Below the pieces are notes generated by a model. It made no database searches, was not told the origin of the DNA, and saw only the letters and a program-made list of their open reading frames with translations. Position numbers and translations under genes: made by a program. Shown here piece after piece: positions 58,538-64,000 of a stretch of DNA of 64,000 bases. The DNA is from an uncultured Thermoleophilia bacterium (lineage in GTDB: Bacteria; Actinomycetota; Thermoleophilia; UBA2241): NCBI GenBank assembly GCA_963702475.1, contig CAVPCT010000001.1:160001-224000 (forward strand), read 5' to 3'. The stretch's first letter is position 1, and every line of letters begins with the position of its first letter.

Positions 58538-59122
58538 ATGACCAAACGCATCCTCGTCGTAGACGACGAGCCCGACATCCGCAGACTGGTGGCCGAGGCC
58601 CTCGAGGTGACGGGATACGACGTTCAATCCGCCGCCAACGGTGACGAAGCCATACGTGCCGCCTCGCTGTTCCTCCCGGACCTCGTGCTGCTGGACATCA
58701 TGATGCCCGATCTCGACGGCTTCGCCGTGTACGAGCGCCTGCGGGCCAAACCCGTCGACCTGAAGTCGCCCATCATCTTCCTCACCGCGCGGCGGGAGAT
58801 CGACGACAAGCTGCTGGGCTTCGAGAAGGGCGCCGCCGACTACATCACCAAGCCCTTCCACATCAAGGAACTGCTCGCCCGGGTCAAGGTGCACCTCGGT
58901 GAGCTGGGACCGCCCAAGGGGGATATCCACAACCCGCTCACCGACCGGGAGCTCGAGGTGCTCGGCCTGCTTGCCAGCGGCAAGACGTACAAACAGGTGG
59001 CACGCGCCCTGGACCTTTCTCAGAGCACGGTGCGCAACCACCTGCACAACGTCTACCACAAGCTCAATGTGGTCGACCGCGCCCAGGCGGTCATCGTGAG
59101 TCGCGAGAACGGCTGGATCTGA
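58538..59122 (+). CDS. Response regulator with LuxR-type HTH
   Basis: ILVVDDE, LLDIMMP, YITKPF and LTDRELEVL..TVRNHLHNVYHKL. Confidence 0.92.
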   Translation: MTKRILVVDDEPDIRRLVAEALEVTGYDVQSAANGDEAIRAASLFLPDLVLLDIMMPDLDGFAVYERLRAKPVDLKSPIIFLTARREIDDKLLGFEKGAADYITKPFHIKELLARVKVHLGELGPPKGDIHNPLTDRELEVLGLLASGKTYKQVARALDLSQSTVRNHLHNVYHKLNVVDRAQAVIVSRENGWI

Positions 59123-59157
59123 GGGGACGCCGCCTCGGGGCGGCGGTCACGTACGCG

Positions 59158-59198
59158 ACGCGGATGGGGACGGCCGTACCGGCCGTCCCCATCCGCGT
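59158..59198. terminator. Perfect 19-bp hairpin between convergent genes (bidirectional terminator)
   Basis: ACGCGGATGGGGACGGCCG-TAC-CGGCCGTCCCCATCCGCGT. Confidence 0.75.
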
Positions 59199-59203
59199 GC
59201 CGA

Positions 59204-59461
59204 TCAGGAAGCCGAAAACGGCATGTCGGGCAGCGACCAGGTGCTGACCTGGCCGCGGCGGTCGCCGCGGCGCCGTTCTGTGAACGGCCCGGGCCCCGTC
59301 ACCCAGCGGTCGTGCCGGCGCTCGCCGACCCTGCGGTCGACGATGACCATCACGTCGTCACGTCCCGCGAATCTCCTTGAGAGCCGCTCGTGGAAGTGGC
59401 TCTCAAGGGGCCGCGGGATGACGATGACCCTCGGCTGCACGCTCTCGATGGTCCCGGCCAT
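59204..59461 (-). CDS. Small hypothetical protein with DRRxxERR / ERRxxDRR motifs
   Basis: VMVIVDRRVGERRHDRW..ERRRGDRR; strong GGGGAGGAAGG RBS. Confidence 0.7.
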   Translation of the reverse strand: MAGTIESVQPRVIVIPRPLESHFHERLSRRFAGRDDVMVIVDRRVGERRHDRWVTGPGPFTERRRGDRRGQVSTWSLPDMPFSAS

Positions 59462-59478
59462 CCTTCCTCCCCAGACAG

Positions 59479-61149
59479 TCATATCGTACCCTCGGCTGCA
59501 GCAGGTGATTCGCCGCCGGAGGACTCATCTCCTTGCTCGGTGACCGCGCTCTGCTTTGCGGCGCGCAACGCCAGGGCGCAGAGCCCTCCGGCCGCCGCGA
59601 GAACGACGGCGACGATGAACGTGCTGGCGACGGCGTCGGTGAACCAGCCCTGGAACGTCGTCTTCATCATCGCCGCGGCCGTCTCAGACAGGCCTGAAGC
59701 GCCGGACGGCATGCTCATGGCGCCGCCCTCCGCGGCCGCCGCGACGATCTTCTGCTTGACGGCGTCCGGGATGCCCTGGAGGGCCTCGACGCCGGCCGTG
59801 ATGTTGGCCGTCACGCGGTTCTGCAGGACGGCTCCGAGCACGGCGATGCCCAGCAGGCTGCCGACCTGGCGCATGGTGGAGAGGACCCCGGAGGCGTTGC
59901 CGATGCGCTCGCGCGGGGCGGTGGCCATCACCGCCGACGTCACGGGCGCCACGGCCAGCCCGATGCCGATGCCCGAGATCAGGAAGGGCACCAGCAGGCT
60001 CATCGGCGTGGTGTCCGGCGAGATCTTCTCGATGCCGGGCAGCAGGCCGGCCATCCACGCGAGGCCGGCGGCGAGCAGGAACATGCCCAACGCCACGATC
60101 CACGTGCTGCCCAGCCTGTCCGACAGCATGCCCGCCGCCGGCGCCGCGACGATGATGATCAGCGACATCGGCACCATGACCAGGCCGGCTTTGATGGCGC
60201 TGTAGCCCAGCACCGACTGCAGGAAGATCGGGATCATGAAGAAGGCGCCCATCATGGCGGCGCTGAGCAGGAGCCCCGTCGCGTTGCCGGCGGCGAAGGT
60301 GACGCGGCGGAAGAGCGAGAAGTCGATGAGCGGCTGGCTCACGCGGTGCTCGCGCCGGAAGAACAGGACGAAGGCGACGGCAGCGGCGGCGAAGAGCCCG
60401 ATGATGGTGGCCGAGGTCCAGCCGTAGCTCTGCCCCTCGATGAGCGCGAACGTCAGGCAGAACAGCGAGGCCGTCACCAGTCCCACGCCGGGGAGGTCGA
60501 GGCTCTTCACGGCGGTGGGGTTCCTGCTCTCCGGGACGAGTCTCAAGGCGAGCAGCACGCCGATCACGCCGATGGGGATGTTGACGAGGAAGATCCAGCG
60601 CCAGCTGTCGGCCGCATCCGGCCAGGTGACGTACTGGACGATGACGCCTCCGAGCGTGGGACCGATGGCGGTGGCCAGACCCGACACACCGCCCCACACG
60701 CCCATGGCTGCGCCGCGCTTTCCCGCCGGGAAGACGGCGGCGATGATGCTGAGGGTGGCCGGCATCATGGCCGCTCCGCCGATGCCTTGCACCACGCGGA
60801 AGGCGATGAGCAGCTCGATGGTGGGAGCCAGGCCGCAGGCGAGCGAGCCGGCGGTGAAGAGGACCATGCCGATGATGAAGAGCTTGCGCCGGCCCCACAG
60901 GTCGCCGAAGCGGCCCAGGGTCACGAGCAGCACGGCGAACGCCAGGATGTACGCGTTCATCACCCATTCGATGCTGCCGAAGGTCGTGTCGTAGGAGGAC
61001 TGGATGTGGGTGAGGGCGATGTTCACGATCGTGCCGTCGAGAAGGATCATGAAGAGGCCGAGGCAGAGCACAGCGAGGACGGCCCACGGGTTGCGGGCGG
61101 GCCTCACCTCGCCGGTCGTGTCGTGGCCGGTCGGGACGGGTGAGCTCAT
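59479..61149 (-). CDS. DHA2 (EmrB/QacA) 14-TM MFS efflux transporter
   Basis: LLDGTIVNIAL, GRFGDLWGRRK, WRWIFLVNIPIG and ASGVLSTMRQVG. Confidence 0.95.
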   Translation of the reverse strand: MSSPVPTGHDTTGEVRPARNPWAVLAVLCLGLFMILLDGTIVNIALTHIQSSYDTTFGSIEWVMNAYILAFAVLLVTLGRFGDLWGRRKLFIIGMVLFTAGSLACGLAPTIELLIAFRVVQGIGGAAMMPATLSIIAAVFPAGKRGAAMGVWGGVSGLATAIGPTLGGVIVQYVTWPDAADSWRWIFLVNIPIGVIGVLLALRLVPESRNPTAVKSLDLPGVGLVTASLFCLTFALIEGQSYGWTSATIIGLFAAAAVAFVLFFRREHRVSQPLIDFSLFRRVTFAAGNATGLLLSAAMMGAFFMIPIFLQSVLGYSAIKAGLVMVPMSLIIIVAAPAAGMLSDRLGSTWIVALGMFLLAAGLAWMAGLLPGIEKISPDTTPMSLLVPFLISGIGIGLAVAPVTSAVMATAPRERIGNASGVLSTMRQVGSLLGIAVLGAVLQNRVTANITAGVEALQGIPDAVKQKIVAAAAEGGAMSMPSGASGLSETAAAMMKTTFQGWFTDAVASTFIVAVVLAAAGGLCALALRAAKQSAVTEQGDESSGGESPAAAEGTI

Positions 61150-61622
61150 GGCGTGTCCGGTCCTCTCAGCTCGTCGATGAGGGCGCCCAGAAAGGCGACG
61201 AGCGTCTCGGGGGCGATGTCGGGAAAGCGCGCGGAGACGGAGGCCAGCCGCGCGCGCCAGATCTCCAGGGCGCCTTCGGCCATGGCCTCGGCCGTGCCCG
61301 CCAGGCGCACGCGCACCACACGCCGGTCACCGGGATCCGCTTCGCGGCGCACGACGCCCTTCTCCAGCAGCCGCGTGACCAGCTCGCTGGCGGCCGCGCG
61401 CGAGATCTCGAGGCCGGAGGAGAACTCGCTCATCGTCACGGTGCCGCGGTGCGCGAGGAACATGACGGCCTGCATCTGGCGGCCTGTCAGGGGGGCCAGA
61501 GCTGGGTCCGGCCTCGCCTCGGCGTGGTGCGGAGCCGAGTCGTAGAGCGCCACGGCGAGCTCCGGCAGCAGCCTTGCGAGGCGGGTGGTGACGTCGTCCT
61601 CTTTGTTCGACTGCTCGTTCAT
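61146..61622 (-). CDS. MarR family regulator
   Basis: LTGRQ, SELVTRLLEKGVVRR and DPGDRRVVRVRL; overlaps the MFS start. Confidence 0.9.
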   Translation of the reverse strand: MNEQSNKEDDVTTRLARLLPELAVALYDSAPHHAEARPDPALAPLTGRQMQAVMFLAHRGTVTMSEFSSGLEISRAAASELVTRLLEKGVVRREADPGDRRVVRVRLAGTAEAMAEGALEIWRARLASVSARFPDIAPETLVAFLGALIDELRGPDTP

Positions 61623-61637
61623 TCGGTACCCGAATGA
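61619..61637. promoter_or_regulatory. Palindrome TCATTCGG-TAC-CCGAATGA over the marR start (likely operator)
   Basis: Perfect 8-bp arms; a second imperfect copy (AAGGTATCCGAA) at 61639-61650. Confidence 0.65.
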
Positions 61638-61722
61638 TAAGGTATCCGAACTAGTTCGTCCAGCGCGCCGTCGTAGCCGACGTACAATCGGGACGTGTCG
61701 TGACTTCCGACGCGCACGTGCC

Positions 61723-62442
61723 GTGACCACTCTCCACGACGACATCCCCACGCGCCGCTTCCCGGCCGTCACGGCGATCCTCATCGCCGTCAACGCGGCC
61801 GTGTTCGTCTTCGAGCTGACCCTGCCGCGCTACGGGCTCACGCAGCAGGGTCTCTTCGCCAAGATGGGGGTCGTCCCCTACGAGCTGGCACACGGGTACG
61901 ATGTCCCGCCGGCCGATCTGGTCCCGTGGTGGGCGACCATGTTCACCGCGTTGTTCATCCACGGCGGCTGGCTGCACGTCATCTTCACCATGCTGTACCT
62001 CTGGGTCTTCGGCAACGACGTGGAGGACAGGCTCGGGCGCTGGCGCTTTCTCGGCTTCTACCTGGTGTGCGGCATCGTCGCCACGGCGCTCGAGGTCCTC
62101 GTCTCCCCCGAGTCGACGGTCCCCGTGATCGGCGCCGGCGGGGCCGTCGCCGGGGTGCTCGGCGCCTACCTTGCCCTCCACCCCCGGGCGAGGGCGTTCA
62201 CGGTGTTCGGCCTGGGCATCGTCCTCCCGGTCGTCTCCGTGCCCGCCTGGATCCTGCTCGCCGTGTGGTTCGGGCTGCAGGCGGTGCAGGGTGTGCTCTC
62301 GTTCGGGCACCCCGCCGTGGCCGTGGCGTTCTTCGCCCACGTCGGCGGCTTCGTCGCCGGGCTGGCGCTCGCCGTGCCGCTCGATCGCATCGGCAGGCGG
62401 CGTTACGGCCGCGCGGGCCTGCGCGGCGGCCGCAACGTGTAA
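61723..62442 (+). CDS. Rhomboid-family membrane protein lacking catalytic Ser
   Basis: FIHGGWLHVIFTM, VFGNDVEDRLG, IGAGGAVAG (GASG expected) and AHVGG. Confidence 0.85.
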   Translation: MTTLHDDIPTRRFPAVTAILIAVNAAVFVFELTLPRYGLTQQGLFAKMGVVPYELAHGYDVPPADLVPWWATMFTALFIHGGWLHVIFTMLYLWVFGNDVEDRLGRWRFLGFYLVCGIVATALEVLVSPESTVPVIGAGGAVAGVLGAYLALHPRARAFTVFGLGIVLPVVSVPAWILLAVWFGLQAVQGVLSFGHPAVAVAFFAHVGGFVAGLALAVPLDRIGRRRYGRAGLRGGRNV

Positions 62443-62451
62443 GCTGTCGGC

Positions 62452-63264
62452 ATGGTCGCCGACCACCACATCCATACGGGATTCTGCCCTCATGCCACGG
62501 GAGAACCCCGGGCGTGCGTGGAACGTGCGCTCGCCCTCGGCATGACCGAGCTCGGGTTCGCCGAGCACCTGCCCTTCCCGCCGGGGTGGCGGCCTCGCCA
62601 CGACGTCACCGACGACTGGGCCATGTCGTGGGACCAGGTGGACGAGTACTGCGCGACCGTCCAGGATCTCGCCCGGGAGTACTCTGCCGACGTCCGCATC
62701 GTGCTCGGCATCGAGGTGGACTATCTGGACGACTCCGTGGAGCAGACGGCCGCGGCCGTCGCCGCGTACCCCTTCGAGTACGTCGTCGGCTCGGTGCACA
62801 TCGTCGGCGACAGGTTCGCCTTCGACCACCCCGACCTGCGTGACGAGCTCACCGCGTACGGCCTCGACCGCATCCACCTGGAGAGCCTCGCGCTGGCTGA
62901 GCGTGCCGCCGCCAGCGGGCTCTTCGACGTCATCGGCCACCTCGACCACGCCGTCAAGTTCGGGCCGCCGGCGGACGAAGACGCCGTGCGCGCCGCGGCG
63001 GGCAGGGCCCTGCGGGCCGTCGCCGCGGCCGGCATGACGCTCGAGCTCAACACGGCCGGCTGGCGCAAGGCGGGGCGGCCGTTCCCGGCGCCGGAGCTGC
63101 TCGCCGAAGCGTGCGCGCTCGGTGTGCCGCTCGTGATCGGCTCCGACGCCCACCGGCCCGACGATGTGGGGGCCGACTTCGCGCGCGCCGTGGAGGCGGC
63201 GCGCACGGCCGGCTACAGCGAGATCCGCCGCCTGAGCGGCGCGCCGCCGGAGCCGCTGCCGTGA
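62452..63264 (+). CDS. PHP-family histidinol-phosphatase (HisJ/HisK-like)
   Basis: DHHIHT, FAEH, GIEVDY, VGSVH, GHLD, LELNTAG and GSDAH. Confidence 0.85.
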   Translation: MVADHHIHTGFCPHATGEPRACVERALALGMTELGFAEHLPFPPGWRPRHDVTDDWAMSWDQVDEYCATVQDLAREYSADVRIVLGIEVDYLDDSVEQTAAAVAAYPFEYVVGSVHIVGDRFAFDHPDLRDELTAYGLDRIHLESLALAERAAASGLFDVIGHLDHAVKFGPPADEDAVRAAAGRALRAVAAAGMTLELNTAGWRKAGRPFPAPELLAEACALGVPLVIGSDAHRPDDVGADFARAVEAARTAGYSEIRRLSGAPPEPLP

Positions 63265-64000
63265 ACAGCCACCGCAGGCACACTGTCGAGGGGGGCGCCG
63301 CAGGAGCACCGCTCCGCACCTTCGGCAGCAGGCTGATGGCGGTCTTCAACGCGCACTCCGGCGGCGGGGAGTTCCGCCGCGACCTGCCGCTCATCCTCGG
63401 CGCAATGAGGGGCCTGGGGTACCGCGTCGACGAGCGCGAGACCGAGGGCGTCGGCGACGCCACGCGTCTCGCGCGTGAAGCCGTGGCGGGCGGGTACGAC
63501 CTGGTCTGTGCCATCGGTGGCGACGGCACGGTGAACGAGACGCTCAACGGTCTGGCCGGCACCGAGGTGCCGCTCGCCATCGTCCCGACGGGCACCGTCA
63601 ACGTGCTCGCCATGGAGCTGGGCATCCCCTTCGAGCCTCCCGACGCGGTCAGGCTCCTGCAGACGGGCAACGTCTCGTGGATCGACCTCGGCCTCGCCGG
63701 CGAGCGGCACTTCGCGCTGATGGCCGGCGTCGGCATGGACGCGGCCGCCGTCGCCTCGCTGAACCCGGTGATGAAGAAGGCCTTCAAAGAGGCCGCCTTC
63801 GCCGTGCAGGGGTTCGCCAACTTCCTCACCAAGGATGACCCGCTCATCCGCGTCGCCAGCGCCGAGCGCACCGTGGAGGGGTACTTCGCCGTCTTCGGCA
63901 ACTCGTCCAACTACGCCGGCGGTTTCGGTATCACTCCTCTGGCAGACATGCGCGACGGTCTCCTCGACGTGTGTGTGCTCAAGGACAAGTCGTTCCTGAG
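63261..64000 (+). CDS. Diacylglycerol kinase-family (YegS/DAGK) lipid kinase, truncated by window end
   Basis: Manual translation: VFNAHSG, AIGGDGTVNE, PTGTVNVLA and MAGVGMDA. Confidence 0.9.
   Translation, partial: MNSHRRHTVEGGAAGAPLRTFGSRLMAVFNAHSGGGEFRRDLPLILGAMRGLGYRVDERETEGVGDATRLAREAVAGGYDLVCAIGGDGTVNETLNGLAGTEVPLAIVPTGTVNVLAMELGIPFEPPDAVRLLQTGNVSWIDLGLAGERHFALMAGVGMDAAAVASLNPVMKKAFKEAAFAVQGFANFLTKDDPLIRVASAERTVEGYFAVFGNSSNYAGGFGITPLADMRDGLLDVCVLKDKSFL

Overview
A very GC-rich bacterial chromosomal segment with about 60 densely packed genes. It looks actinobacterial (possibly Thermoleophilia-like; the taxonomy is inference) and carries anaerobic-type Fe-S enzymes. I see no rRNA, tRNA, CRISPR array, transposase or integrase. 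Contents include a PHP hydrolase and a HAD/AIR-synthase fusion, two secreted proteases (C1A and M6), a tandem TPR-zincin pair, a large 2-hydroxyacyl-CoA dehydratase activase next to a HisD paralog, general-stress genes, an expanded MBOAT/SGNH O-acetylation cluster, a kinase-receiver-GGDEF signalling run, NAD salvage genes (pncB-pncA), galE, TlpA-CcdA, an FAD/Fe-S oxidoreductase and MarR-MFS. The main highlights were missed by the ORF track or sit in non-coding sequence. (1) An FmdB-family zinc-ribbon gene ends TGA-GGC-TGA with a SECIS-like hairpin (loop GGUC) starting 11 nt after the first TGA, suggesting a C-terminal Sec-Gly selenoprotein; its promoter is overlapped by a CsoR-type operator. 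(2) A 58-aa Cys-rich protein with ERRxxERR/DRR motifs is hidden between the receiver and diguanylate cyclase genes, and a second protein with the same motif lies at 59.2 kb. (3) Three intact genes have lost their catalytic residues: a zincin paralog, a CobB-like protein and a rhomboid. All calls come from motif reading only; no database searches were run.
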